63,983 nucleotides of DNA, filler included, from an uncultured Myxococcia bacterium (GCA_964617105.1; 9 parts of 9 records of this genome joined end to end with filler, not necessarily neighbours in it); one strand, 5' to 3'; shown: positions 48,443-58,987, counted from the first letter of the whole stretch. The notes: generated by a model from the sequence alone, not told the origin. Program-made: numbers and translations.

Positions 48443-49207
48443 ATGAATAGACTAGTAATGTTGGGTTTAATCTTTTTAGTCTTTTCCTTTTTGCCAGATG
48501 ATGTTTTAGCCGGTAAAGACAAGGCTGAAGGGAAGGGGAAAAAGAGGGAGATTCTGGTTGGTTTTGGAAATGATTTTTTACCCTATCATAGCACTATAAA
48601 GAGTAAATCGATTGGTTTTGATATCGATATCATGGACGAGATAGCCAAACATATGGGGATAAATCCGGTTTATAAGCCTGGCCCCTGGAAAAAAGTGCTG
48701 TTTCAATTAAAAGCGGGAAGGTTAGATCTGGTATTGTGCGCCTCCATCACCTCTGACCGCAAAAAAATCTACCAATATACCGATTCTTACGGTGATTTCC
48801 AAGTGGTGTTGTTTGCCCCGTCCTCTGATACAAAAACTAAAGGGTTAGAGGATTTATACGGAAAAAAGGTGGCTGTTGCCGCTGGCAGCAATGACCTTGA
48901 ACTTTTACGCCAATATCGCAAAATAAAGATAGTGCAGACCAAATCTTTTGACGACACCTTACAAAAGTTGATAAATGGCCAGGTTCAAGCCGCAATTCTG
49001 GACAAGATAAAAGGGCTGTATTGGTTAAAAAAACGGGGCTTTCTCAAGCAGGTAAGAGTGGTTCCCAAAGCTTTAAAAACCGTACCCTTTGCCTCTATTG
49101 TCCGCAAAGGTAAAAATGTTGAACTGGTAAAAAAATACAATGCCGCTCTAAAAAAGATGAAAAAGAGAGGCCGTATTAAAAAGATCTACCGAAAATGGCT
49201 AGAGTGA
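48443..49207 (+). CDS. Family 3 (amino acid) substrate-binding protein
   Basis: Signal peptide; GFDIDI, LKAGRLD, ITSDRK, IYRKWL. Confidence 0.9.
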   Translation: MNRLVMLGLIFLVFSFLPDDVLAGKDKAEGKGKKREILVGFGNDFLPYHSTIKSKSIGFDIDIMDEIAKHMGINPVYKPGPWKKVLFQLKAGRLDLVLCASITSDRKKIYQYTDSYGDFQVVLFAPSSDTKTKGLEDLYGKKVAVAAGSNDLELLRQYRKIKIVQTKSFDDTLQKLINGQVQAAILDKIKGLYWLKKRGFLKQVRVVPKALKTVPFASIVRKGKNVELVKKYNAALKKMKKRGRIKKIYRKWLE

Positions 49208-49223
49208 CAACAAATTGCATTAA

Positions 49224-50504
49224 TTAATGAACCGAGCAAGAGATGCAGGGGTCATAAGAGCGCACCAGCATGGAACAGATCTGTTCAATTTCTGTGTCGA
49301 TCATTCCGTTCAAGGCTTTTTCTTTTACCAGAGTTTGCAGATCATAGTGAATATTGGCGTTGTTTTGGGTGGTGGGAACAACGCAATTGGCTTTTAAAAT
49401 TCGGCCTTTATCATCATAACTATAGTGATGAAACAGTATCCCCCTGGGGGCCTCCACAACCCCAACCCCTTCACCAGATTTGGGAGAAACAGGTAAAGAT
49501 AAATCGTTCTCGTTTAACCCGTCCAGCTTGATTTGTTCAATAAGAAGAATCATCTCCTCTACAACATGAAAACACTCGACCAACCTGGCGCAATTATTCA
49601 TAAAAGGATTGTGGCATCCAGGCTTTAGACCTAGTGCGGCGGCTATTTTTTGGGCTTGGTCATGAAGATTGGCATGGTTGTTGTTGAACCGGGCCAAAGG
49701 ACCAACAGCATAAGAATCTCTGGAAAGTTTGGTCCATTTGGAGGTGTTGTTTTCAATCACGAATTCATTGGTCATGGCCTGATAATCGTTAGCCGATTTT
49801 TTTACGCCATCGGAAGAGATAATTTCATCACCTGTAAAGGGATATTTACCCAGCCCGTCCAGAGAGATATATTCTGTTTCCCTTATAAAATCGGGTATCT
49901 CAAAACTGGCAAAAAGTTCCGCCAAAGTGTTTAAATCTTTCCGGGCCGCAACCAATTCTGACTGCAATTGAATAATCTCTTCCATCTCCGGCGCTTTGGC
50001 TAAGCCACCCACTTTGAAACTTACCGGATGGGTGGTTCGGCCGGCTATTACTTGACATATTTTATTGCCCAGTCCTTTTAGGCGGGCCCCCAGGGCGACA
50101 ACCTCCGGCCGTTTCTCAAGTAAAGGAAGAACGCTGGTTTCCTGAACAAAATCGGGAGCAGCCAGGAAGATGAGATGGAGAATATGGCTTTGGAGAGTCT
50201 CTCCGTGCTTGGCCAGGTTTCTCATATCTCGGGCCGTTGGTGAAATTTTCACCCCCATGGCATTTTCGGTGGCCATAATACTGCAAAGGCAATGACTTAT
50301 GGAGCATATACCACAAATTCGTGATGCTAATAGTCCGGCTCTGGTAAAATATTGCCCTTTGAGCATGGCTTCGATAAATCTTGGGGTTTCAATGATATCC
50401 CAACTGGCTTCAATCAATTTCCCCTTTACAATCCGAACGTTGATGGCGCCATGGCCTTCAACTCGAGTAAGGGGACGGATATTTAGATTAACATCGACCT
50501 TCAT
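49224..50504 (-). CDS. hydA: NiFe hydrogenase large subunit, group 3b-like
   Basis: RVEGHG, RICGICSISH (L1), EAPRG, YDPCISCSVH (L2); no C-terminal extension. Confidence 0.92.
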   Translation of the reverse strand: MKVDVNLNIRPLTRVEGHGAINVRIVKGKLIEASWDIIETPRFIEAMLKGQYFTRAGLLASRICGICSISHCLCSIMATENAMGVKISPTARDMRNLAKHGETLQSHILHLIFLAAPDFVQETSVLPLLEKRPEVVALGARLKGLGNKICQVIAGRTTHPVSFKVGGLAKAPEMEEIIQLQSELVAARKDLNTLAELFASFEIPDFIRETEYISLDGLGKYPFTGDEIISSDGVKKSANDYQAMTNEFVIENNTSKWTKLSRDSYAVGPLARFNNNHANLHDQAQKIAAALGLKPGCHNPFMNNCARLVECFHVVEEMILLIEQIKLDGLNENDLSLPVSPKSGEGVGVVEAPRGILFHHYSYDDKGRILKANCVVPTTQNNANIHYDLQTLVKEKALNGMIDTEIEQICSMLVRSYDPCISCSVH

Positions 50505-51207
50505 TAAAGGTTCACCTCCTCAAAGCCACCAAAAAAATTCAGGCAGTCTTTAATTTCCTCAGGGGAAAATTCTTTTTTACTGGCAATTTGGAGAAATTCG
50601 GCAAAATTTGGCTCCTCTGCTGGTCCGCGGCAACCCAGGCAGCCAAGACCTCCTCCCGGGCAAGGAGCATTACATCCGCCTCTGGTTATGGAGCCCAGAC
50701 ACAACTGCCCCTTCTCGAAAACACAGGTTAAAAACTGTTGCTTGCATTCGTAACATACCGGGTAAACAGGGAATTTGTAGGGAATATCCCAAATCAGGTA
50801 CTGAACAATACGCTCAATTTCCGCCTTGGAAACCGGACATCCAGGTATTTCCATATCTACTTTGACAATATCCGTTATAGATCTGGCCGGGGCTGTCTCT
50901 TTTGGGCTATCGCCATAAACTGTCCGCATGACCACATCTGGATCCATGGTATTTTTAAGTTTATTGATGCCACCAAAACAGGCGCAACTTCCCAGGGCCA
51001 CCAAAATTTTGGCTTGATGGCGAATTGTTTTTAACCTTTCAATCTCATCATTGCGGGTAATCGCGCCTTCCACAAATGCTAACTGGTAATCATCGCTGCA
51101 CTGGGAGGAAGCCTCCCGGAATTGGACGATATCAACTGCGCTTAAAAAAGCGGGGAGAGTTTCTTCTTTATTAACAAATTGGAGTTCGCAGCCCTCGCAA
51201 CAGGTAA
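50504..51207 (-). CDS. hydD: NiFe hydrogenase small (delta) subunit (5'-partial)
   Basis: TCCEGC, VEGAI, GSCACFGG, PGCP, CYEC, CLG..GCNAPCP..CLGCRG. Confidence 0.9.
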
Positions 51208-51307
51208 NNNNNNNNNNNNNNNNNNNNNNNNNNNNNNNNNNNNNNNNNNNNTTAATTAATTAANNNNNNNNNNNNNNNNNNNNNNNNNNNNNNNNNNNNN
51301 NNNNNNN
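51208..51307. other. Artificial contig spacer
   Basis: N44-TTAATTAATTAA-N44. Confidence 0.99.
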
Positions 51308-51868
51308 GGCTCCCAGTTGGTCACGCCAGTTAAAAAAGGCTTCAATTTTTTGATTCAGGTGATCAAGGTGGTTTCTTCCCTTTAATTTAAAATAGGTGTC
51401 TGGATAGGCAGCATCAACACTGATAGTAATATCGTCTATTCCTGACTGAAGGAGTTTTAATGCCCGTTTTGTGTCCAGAAGAGTTCCATTGGTGTTGAGA
51501 TGAATAGTTTTGGCCACATTTTTCTCTTTGGCATATAGGACCATCTCCGGCAATTGTTTATGCAGTAGAGGCTCACCATCTTTGTGGAGATTAAGCATGG
51601 TTAGTTGAGGGTATTGACTAGCCTCATCAACCAGTTTTTTAAAACTCTTAAGACTTAAAAAATTGGTCCCCTGCAATTTGGCAGTCTTATCTCTTGGGCA
51701 GCAACAGCATTTTAAATTACAGGAATTGGTGGGCTCGATATTAAGCACTAAGGGAAAATCAATGTTTATATTTTGTCTGATAAACTCTGGTTTCAGGCAA
51801 GTCAGTGTCCCCTCCACATAATCGGGATTCATCTGCCGGTAATATTTTTTGGTTTGTCCGCGTCCCAT
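51308..51868 (-). CDS. Radical SAM protein (3'-partial)
   Basis: IEPTNSCNLKCCCCPR, GEPLLH, NTNGTLL. Confidence 0.92.
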
Positions 51869-51890
51869 TTTTTTGTAATAAAAACTCTTA

Positions 51891-54071
51891 CTAAAAGTTT
51901 AAGGAATCTATTAGATGTCGGGCTGCCTGGTGATCAGGGCACATTGCCAGACACTCTTTGAGATGTTTTTGGCAATCAATATTAGACCCAAGTTTATGAT
52001 AAATAAATCCCAGGTGATAGTGGGCGCCAAAGATATATCTCTCTTCAATAAAATGACCGGTTTCTTCAACCAGGAAAAGCATTTGTTGAAACATCTCTAC
52101 TGCCGAATCATATGCCCCCAATCTTTCCAAGACACTGCCATTTTTATAGAGGGATAGAAAATGGATATGGGGCTGAATATCTTTATTGCTGAGCAATTCT
52201 CTCAGTTGAGCGGCGCAGTTCTCCAATTGGTTATCTTTTTCAAAATAACTAGCCTGTTTAAAAAGTAAATAGATTTTTTCCCTCTTGGCTATATCATTTC
52301 TTGATAATAACTTTTCTGTTCTTGATTTGGCCTGAGTAAAGTCACCATCTTTTTCCATTGTCTCCAAAATGATCATTTGAGTGGACCAAAAATCGTCCTT
52401 GGATTCAATAGAGTTTTCCAATGCGTCAACCATGCATCTTATAGTTTTATGATCAGAATTGGTACTCAATATCTGTTGGGTAAATTCAATTCCTATCTGT
52501 TCTTTGATCTTATTAAAATCATCCATTAACTCTATTTGATTATCGGTTTTCACCCCATTTTGATATAGATGTTTATCAATCAAGTTGTGAAGGTATTTCG
52601 TGGCTGTCTTCTCATCACTACCAAACAGCAGGGCAAAATAGGCGTAACAGCCAAAGCGGATAAAATCTCGGTCAAGAACATGAAAAGGATCAAAGATAGT
52701 ATCCATATTTTCAGGTTTGAAAAATCTTTGGCAGCATTGCTGAAAAGCAGATATCTTATGGTGCCGGATAAAAGAATAAATCTCTTCAAGGGGCCGAGTG
52801 GAGGCATTTTTTATAACCTGATTATAACAATCTATAGATTCTAAAAAATCATTAAAATCATAATCTTTAAATTCCGGATCAATTACCACCATAAGTCGGT
52901 AAATTTCGGAAATGGAATTGTAATAAAGGCACTTAACCATCCACTCATTTTTTAACTGTTCAAAAGTTATATCTCTGACACTCTCCTTTATTTTAAGCAA
53001 TTCCTGTTCCAATTTGTCTTCACTGTATTCAAAATCAAACTTAATAAAGGGCAGTCGTTTATCCTGGTCAAAAATAGTATAAACAGTTTCAATTATATCG
53101 GCAATTCTCTTAGAAGCGTCAAAGTAGGGGATCTCTTTTTGCAACAAATCTGGGGGAATTATTTGAGGATTTTCCAGGTAGGCGGAGATATCTTTATAAG
53201 AAACTCTTAAATTGTTTTGGCTAAGAAAATCATCTTTGGGCGGATAAACAATACCGTCTTCCCTTTCTCGGTCATATGGGTAATCTGAAAGTAGAATCAA
53301 AGGTTTGTTATTAACTGCTGCCTGCCATAAAACCGTGCAGTAAATTCCCATAATAATATCAGCTTCAGCGGCCAATTCGTGAGTCTGGCGGCAATCATTA
53401 TTTATTATTAAATTGGCAGGAGTGCTGACCTTAACCAATGACTGATATGATTGATAGGGAAAGTGATTATAGATATTTTCATCAGAGAATCTACCTTTAA
53501 TAATAAAATCTATTTCCGGGTGCTTTAAGGCCACCTTTTCCAGCCAATTAAAAAAAATCACCCGATTTTCTGCATTAATTGGCGAACTGTCCGGATATAA
53601 AACTGTTTTTCTCCGGTTTTTAGGACGATTTTTAATAAAAATATCTGCCCCAGGCATGCCAACTATGGGCAAAGGATTTTTATATATATTTTTATAATAC
53701 TTTTGACAAAGATTAGCGGTGGTAAAGAGATTGTTGCCGGCCATCATGTGGAGATGACTGAGTTTAACTCTCTCTTTTGCATAAACTCCTAGATAGGGAT
53801 AACAACTAAAATATTTATGGAAATGTTGATCACGAAGAGGATAGGAATCAAAAAGGATCAGGTCTAAATCAATTTGTTTGAGTTTTGATAAACTTGTCTC
53901 TTTTTCGTTATGGTGTTCAAGAATGTTTTTCAACATTTTGCTGTTCAGTTGTTGTTCATCAACAGCACAATAGGTGTGGTGTCCTCTGTTGCGTAACTCC
54001 CGCAGAATTGGAACTGCAGCATGAATTTGAGAATCCCCAAAAGGGACAAAACCGATAGATAATGGATTCAT
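51891..54071 (-). CDS. GT-B-like glycosyl/glycerophosphotransferase domain fused to TPR repeats
   Basis: IVGMPGAD, ADIIMG..TVLWQAAVNNKP, DASKRIADII; C-terminal TPR (AHYHLGFIY..CPDHQAA). Confidence 0.6.
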   Translation of the reverse strand: MNPLSIGFVPFGDSQIHAAVPILRELRNRGHHTYCAVDEQQLNSKMLKNILEHHNEKETSLSKLKQIDLDLILFDSYPLRDQHFHKYFSCYPYLGVYAKERVKLSHLHMMAGNNLFTTANLCQKYYKNIYKNPLPIVGMPGADIFIKNRPKNRRKTVLYPDSSPINAENRVIFFNWLEKVALKHPEIDFIIKGRFSDENIYNHFPYQSYQSLVKVSTPANLIINNDCRQTHELAAEADIIMGIYCTVLWQAAVNNKPLILLSDYPYDREREDGIVYPPKDDFLSQNNLRVSYKDISAYLENPQIIPPDLLQKEIPYFDASKRIADIIETVYTIFDQDKRLPFIKFDFEYSEDKLEQELLKIKESVRDITFEQLKNEWMVKCLYYNSISEIYRLMVVIDPEFKDYDFNDFLESIDCYNQVIKNASTRPLEEIYSFIRHHKISAFQQCCQRFFKPENMDTIFDPFHVLDRDFIRFGCYAYFALLFGSDEKTATKYLHNLIDKHLYQNGVKTDNQIELMDDFNKIKEQIGIEFTQQILSTNSDHKTIRCMVDALENSIESKDDFWSTQMIILETMEKDGDFTQAKSRTEKLLSRNDIAKREKIYLLFKQASYFEKDNQLENCAAQLRELLSNKDIQPHIHFLSLYKNGSVLERLGAYDSAVEMFQQMLFLVEETGHFIEERYIFGAHYHLGFIYHKLGSNIDCQKHLKECLAMCPDHQAARHLIDSLNF

Positions 54072-54100
54072 TTTTTTGCCGTTATAAAATGTCAGGGAAT

Positions 54101-54952
54101 TTAAATACCTGTTTGAAGATTAGCGGTTAAGATTCGATTGTAAAGAGAGTCACTTATAAATAGTTGCCGGTTTTTATTATAGTAACAGATAGAGATTGGA
54201 TGAATATTTTTTCCAAAAGCAGTGGTAATTTGAAAAATATTTTTCTCCCCAACCTTTTTTATTAGTGACCGTTTTTCATAATCACAGATATATAAATTGT
54301 TCTCTGATAAATAGGTGCCTATCGGATATTTAACATCAGAAACATAATTATAATTTCTAATTTCAAAATTATCAGAGAGCTTTATCTTGGTAACCCGATT
54401 TGCCTTGGGTTCACTAACCAAAAGATTATTATCAAAAAATTTAATTCTGGCCGGACAGGTAAGGATATCTTTGCCAAAATCGGTGATAATATCTCCTTGA
54501 CGGTTAAATACCGATATCTTCCCTAAAATCATATCAGAGGCAAATAGATGATCTTTATGTTCTGCCAAACCGGTAAAACAGTTACAGTAATTAGAAATAT
54601 TTATCTCTTTTTCAATTTGGCCATGGGAATTTATGATTAAAATAGATTTACGGAAATGACAGCAAAGGGCAATAGTTTCATCAGATAAACAGATCATGTC
54701 CACAGCATAATACTGTTCTTCCGGATCTGACCAGAACACAGAAAAACTATCTGTTTCCAGATCTATTTGACAAATACGATAATTTTTAGCGTCCAAAACT
54801 AACAAATTTCCCTTTGGATTGATAACTAACGCCTGGACATTGTTAAATTGCCAATCACCTTTACCCGTTTGACCGAATTCACGCTCCCATTTAAATTGGC
54901 AACTGTTTTTTATTTTAATGGCACGCTCTTTTATTGATTCTAAATTGTTCAT
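54101..54952 (-). CDS. NHL-repeat beta-propeller protein
   Basis: FGQTGKGDWQF, VLDAKNYRI, VSEPKANRV, ISDSLYNRI. Confidence 0.8.
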   Translation of the reverse strand: MNNLESIKERAIKIKNSCQFKWEREFGQTGKGDWQFNNVQALVINPKGNLLVLDAKNYRICQIDLETDSFSVFWSDPEEQYYAVDMICLSDETIALCCHFRKSILIINSHGQIEKEINISNYCNCFTGLAEHKDHLFASDMILGKISVFNRQGDIITDFGKDILTCPARIKFFDNNLLVSEPKANRVTKIKLSDNFEIRNYNYVSDVKYPIGTYLSENNLYICDYEKRSLIKKVGEKNIFQITTAFGKNIHPISICYYNKNRQLFISDSLYNRILTANLQTGI

Positions 54953-55005
54953 ACATAAACCTGATTATCTCTAGTTCTTGGACGGCAACCTATCTATTAA
55001 AAAAT

Positions 55006-55758
55006 TTAAGTTGTAGTAGTAAATTGAGGTGAAAAAACTGTTTTTATGCCAATGTCACCCATCTGCTTAAATATCCTCTCCAATTCCTTTTGATGATTAT
55101 TATCAATCTCTTTATTTCCATTGCCAACAAAAAAGTGAGAACAGCCAAAATTTTTACGGCAAAGGGCATGAAACACGGTTTCCCGGGATCCTGAATATCT
55201 GGGAATATAGGCAAATCCTGATAAAAATGCTTTTTCCGGTTGATAATGACTTTTTATAAATTGGCGGTATTTGTCAATAATTATACACTCACTATATTGA
55301 TTTTTATTATCAAGGCACATGCCTTTAACCATTGGATGAATAAAGATGCCATCACCGCCAGAACTTTCCAGAGCGCTTTTTTGAAGTTTATGGTCTTCAA
55401 AAATTGGTAAGTCGGCTGAATGCCAGGCAATTATTTTTTGCCAGCCCATATTTTCAAACAGTAGCCTGGCATGATTGGCAGTAATATGGTTAGGCATTAT
55501 ACTGTCGCCGTTATTGGCGTCAAAAAGATAAACCTTGCCCCCTATCAGAAAATTACCTCTGTTTAACAATTTAGAAACCCCTGGATGATTATGCGGTTTT
55601 CCTCCAAACCAAAGAGGAATAAGGTGATCAAAAGAGAGGGGGGTTATTTGTTCAATCTCCATTAAGGCAAAATCTTTTCCTTGATAGGATAGAACTACTT
55701 CACTTCTGCTTTCAATTTTTAACTTTTCAACTTTATTTGATTTTACAATGTCCAGGAT
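55006..55758 (-). pseudogene. sat: ATP sulfurylase (Sat) catalytic part, out of frame with the upstream fusion and degenerate
   Basis: Frame open upstream of the ORF-track ATG (ILDIVKSNK..); RYSGSRETVFHALCRKNFGCSHFFVG; QTRNPxHxxH replaced by HSADLPIFEDH. Confidence 0.75.
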
Positions 55759-57497
55759 GTTCCATTGGGAAGAGTAAAGTTTTTAAGAACAGAATTAACT
55801 TGTTCAACTGTCATAAAACCGGTAATGGGGGAAAATGACCCAGTAGAAATATGATAGGCATCCAGCATAGTCTGCAGATCCACCGGTATGCGCTGGCAGT
55901 TTTGGTATTTACTGATCATATCCGGATTAATTATCTGTTGAACAAGTTGGTTACCATGAGGATGAGGCAAAAGCGAGATGGGCTGAATATTGGTTACATC
56001 CTGCTTATTTTCAAACCAATCTTGATAATGAGCAATAATTTTGGCCACTCGGTTGGTGCATAGGATAGGATAATCGCCAATGGCTGTTTCAGCAGCCATA
56101 ACCAACCCGTCAGCCCCATCCAGCAGAGTATTTACCACATCATTTACTTCTGCCCGGGTGGGACGTTTTTCTTTAATCATGGTTTCCATCAAATTGGTGG
56201 CCACATATGCCGGTTTTGATGACTGGTTAGCGGTTTTTATAATCATTTTTTGATAAAAAGGGATCTGCTCCAAAGGCACTTCTCTGGAAAGATCACCCCG
56301 ATCAATCAAGATAGAATCAGATGCATCTATTATTGGCTGAAGGTTTTTAATCCCCATAATACTTTCAATCTTTGAGATAATATGGGAACCTTCTCCCGCT
56401 AAATCTCTCAGCATCTCAACATCTTGAGATCTCTGGGCAAATGAGAGAGCAAAATGTTTAACTCCCATCTCCCGGCCTTTTTTAATGGACTGTTTATCTT
56501 TTGGACTAATGGGTGGTAAATAGATAGATCTGCTGAGATTAACAGCTTTATTACTTCCAAAGGTTCCTGAAATCCGTACGCAGGTGGTAAGATAATCCTG
56601 ATTTTTATCCATTACCTGCAGGATTACAAAATCTTTGTCAATAAAGATCAGATCACCTTTGTTTACTTTGGTGATTATCTCTTTTGGTGTAATGGTAAAG
56701 CCATCTTTATTGCCTAAAACATGTTCACGATAAATTTTAACAAAACAGTTCTCTTCCAATTCCGCCAGATTATTTTCTAATTTTCCGGTGCGGAACTGGG
56801 CTCCTTCTAAGTCGAGACAAATTGGTGTGCTGGTATATTTTTTAATGTAATCAATCTGCTTTGGCAGATCTTCTATGCTGGTGTGGGATAGATTGATGCG
56901 AAAAAGATCAACACCGATCTGATCCAGGCGGGAGATAACTCTCTGATTTAATGATGCCGGTCCCAGAGTGCAGAATATTTTTTTTATTCCCAAATATTTT
57001 AAAATAGTATTGATGGACTGGTCTACTTTTTGATAACCAGTATCGATTTTTAAGTCTGGTGATTCCGGCTCTTCAAAGGGGATTGAGGAGTTAAAGCCAA
57101 TAAGGTTATCAATTTTACCTTCCATGGCCAGGCTATAGAGCCCTTTGGTATCTCTTTTAATAAGAATATCCATATCAGAATGAAGATAGATCTCAAAATA
57201 GTTCTGGCCAAATTCAATTCGGTTTTGGGTCCGGCTGGAATTAAAGGGAGTTATAACTGATACAATTATGTAGTCACGGTCTTGATATTTTTGGCACATT
57301 TGCCTGATTTGACCGTGATTTTTCTTTATATCCTCATAAGAAAAAGTCAATTTTTGTGGATAGTGCTTACGAATTGTGTCGCCATCAAGGATTTTAACCG
57401 AGTATCCTTTATTAACTAAAGTTGTTTCAACCCCTTTTGCCAGGGTAGATTTTCCGGTTCCCGACATCCCTGTAAACCATAGAATTTTTGCTTTCAT
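55743..57497 (-). CDS. Fusion: adenylylsulfate kinase + pyruvate kinase + N-terminal part of ATP sulfurylase
   Basis: WFTGMSGTGKST, LDGD, DTKGLY (CysC); CTLGPAS, RINLSH, SKIES, RGDL, PTRAEVND, AETAIG (PK); PHG, GSFSPITGFM, LPNGTSW (Sat PUA-like). Confidence 0.9.
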   Translation of the reverse strand: MKAKILWFTGMSGTGKSTLAKGVETTLVNKGYSVKILDGDTIRKHYPQKLTFSYEDIKKNHGQIRQMCQKYQDRDYIIVSVITPFNSSRTQNRIEFGQNYFEIYLHSDMDILIKRDTKGLYSLAMEGKIDNLIGFNSSIPFEEPESPDLKIDTGYQKVDQSINTILKYLGIKKIFCTLGPASLNQRVISRLDQIGVDLFRINLSHTSIEDLPKQIDYIKKYTSTPICLDLEGAQFRTGKLENNLAELEENCFVKIYREHVLGNKDGFTITPKEIITKVNKGDLIFIDKDFVILQVMDKNQDYLTTCVRISGTFGSNKAVNLSRSIYLPPISPKDKQSIKKGREMGVKHFALSFAQRSQDVEMLRDLAGEGSHIISKIESIMGIKNLQPIIDASDSILIDRGDLSREVPLEQIPFYQKMIIKTANQSSKPAYVATNLMETMIKEKRPTRAEVNDVVNTLLDGADGLVMAAETAIGDYPILCTNRVAKIIAHYQDWFENKQDVTNIQPISLLPHPHGNQLVQQIINPDMISKYQNCQRIPVDLQTMLDAYHISTGSFSPITGFMTVEQVNSVLKNFTLPNGTSWTL

Positions 57498-57512
57498 AAG
57501 ATACCTTTAAGA

Positions 57513-58430
57513 TTATTCTGTTACAACATTTCCCACTTGTTTGGTTACTGCCCGGTCACAAACAGAACAGCACTTTATATCTTTGGCCTGGTGCTGTAAA
57601 TGGATCTTACGGGCTTTGTCCATGTTATCTCCATGCCATAAATCGTAGATATTATCCTTTTCCAAATCTCCTAGTTGATAATCACATTTTTTATCTGCTA
57701 TGCATAGAGGAATTTTTCCGTTCCACATAATGGTGATCCGCTGAAAAGGGTATTGACAGGTGAAATTTGGCCTAAGTTTTTTTTCTTTTCGATCATAGGC
57801 ATATTCCGGAGTGAAAGTCATATAATCCACAAAGGGATTGAAAAATTGGTACATCTTATTGAACCAGGCTAAATCCTTATGTTTTTGCCAAACGCTGTTG
57901 ATCCTGATACGGGGGAAACCATTGCCCATACTGTCGCGCAGTTTTCGTAGATCTTTTAGCCTTTTAACCGTGCCTTCAAAGTTGGAGGGATCTCTGACCC
58001 GATTGTATTCTTCTTCTAACCCATCCACCGATATGGTGATATAATCAACTCCGGCTTTAACAATATCTCTGGCCAAATCTCCATCTAATCTATATCCGTT
58101 GCTGATAAAAGAGATCTCTTTTATCCCTTTTTTCCGGGCGTAGTTGATCATCTCCACCAGATAAGGATTGACCGTGCATTCACCTTTCCAACTAAGGCGA
58201 ATGGAATAGAGATTATATTTAACACATTCATCAATCCCCTTTTTAAAAATTTCTAAAGACATATTGCCAAAAAGAGATGGGTCATATTCACTGCGGGACC
58301 TGAAACACATGGGGCAGGTCATGTTGCACAGAGAAGACACTTCAAAGTCAACATGCAGGGGAAAAACAGGCACAACATGCCTTTTGGGATAATAGTACCA
58401 TTCCATCCGGTTTTTCAGGTAAGCTAAAGG
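57513..58430 (-). CDS. Radical SAM/SPASM-Twitch protein (5'-partial)
   Basis: CNMTCPMC; CQYPF..PLC..CSVC C-terminal cluster motif. Confidence 0.92.
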   Translation of the reverse strand, partial: PLAYLKNRMEWYYYPKRHVVPVFPLHVDFEVSSLCNMTCPMCFRSRSEYDPSLFGNMSLEIFKKGIDECVKYNLYSIRLSWKGECTVNPYLVEMINYARKKGIKEISFISNGYRLDGDLARDIVKAGVDYITISVDGLEEEYNRVRDPSNFEGTVKRLKDLRKLRDSMGNGFPRIRINSVWQKHKDLAWFNKMYQFFNPFVDYMTFTPEYAYDRKEKKLRPNFTCQYPFQRITIMWNGKIPLCIADKKCDYQLGDLEKDNIYDLWHGDNMDKARKIHLQHQAKDIKCCSVCDRAVTKQVGNVVTE

Positions 58431-58530
58431 NNNNNNNNNNNNNNNNNNNNNNNNNNNNNNNNNNNNNNNNNNNNTTAATTAATTAANNNNNNNNNNNNNN
58501 NNNNNNNNNNNNNNNNNNNNNNNNNNNNNN
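58431..58530. other. Artificial contig spacer
   Basis: N44-TTAATTAATTAA-N44. Confidence 0.99.
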
Positions 58531-58532
58531 CT

Positions 58533-58925
58533 GATGGGGTTGGGTTAGCCGCTCCCCAGGTTGGCGTGAACCAAAGAGTGATTGTAATCGACATCTCCCA
58601 TGTGGATAAAGAAAAGAAACCGCTTGTTCTTATCAACCCGGTAATTTCTTCCCAAAACGGAGAGATCACCTGGGAGGAAGGCTGCCTCTCTTTCCCTGGA
58701 CTCAGAGCGGAAGTGACGCGAAGTGATAGTATCAAAGTCAAAGGGATGAACCGGGAGGGAAAAAAAGTGGAGATAGAGGCCTCAGGTTTATTGGCAGTGG
58801 CCCTTCAACACGAAATCGACCACTTAAACGGTATCTTATTTATCGATCACTTAGGGCCGATAAAAAGACGGGTTATCAAGCACAAAATGAAAAAAATAAA
58901 AACCCAAATCCAAAAAGAGGGCTAA
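58533..58925 (+). CDS. def: Peptide deformylase (5'-partial)
   Basis: GVGLAAPQ, EGCLS, QHEIDH. Confidence 0.97.
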   Translation, partial: DGVGLAAPQVGVNQRVIVIDISHVDKEKKPLVLINPVISSQNGEITWEEGCLSFPGLRAEVTRSDSIKVKGMNREGKKVEIEASGLLAVALQHEIDHLNGILFIDHLGPIKRRVIKHKMKKIKTQIQKEG

Positions 58926-58987
58926 CGCAACATAGTTGGCGTGTCAAAGAACGAGCAAGATATGGCGGGGATGATTGACCAGGACGA

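Noticed and set aside
48228-48522. Small ORFs 48228-48425 and 48337-48522
   Set aside because: They overlap the MITE; no coding signature
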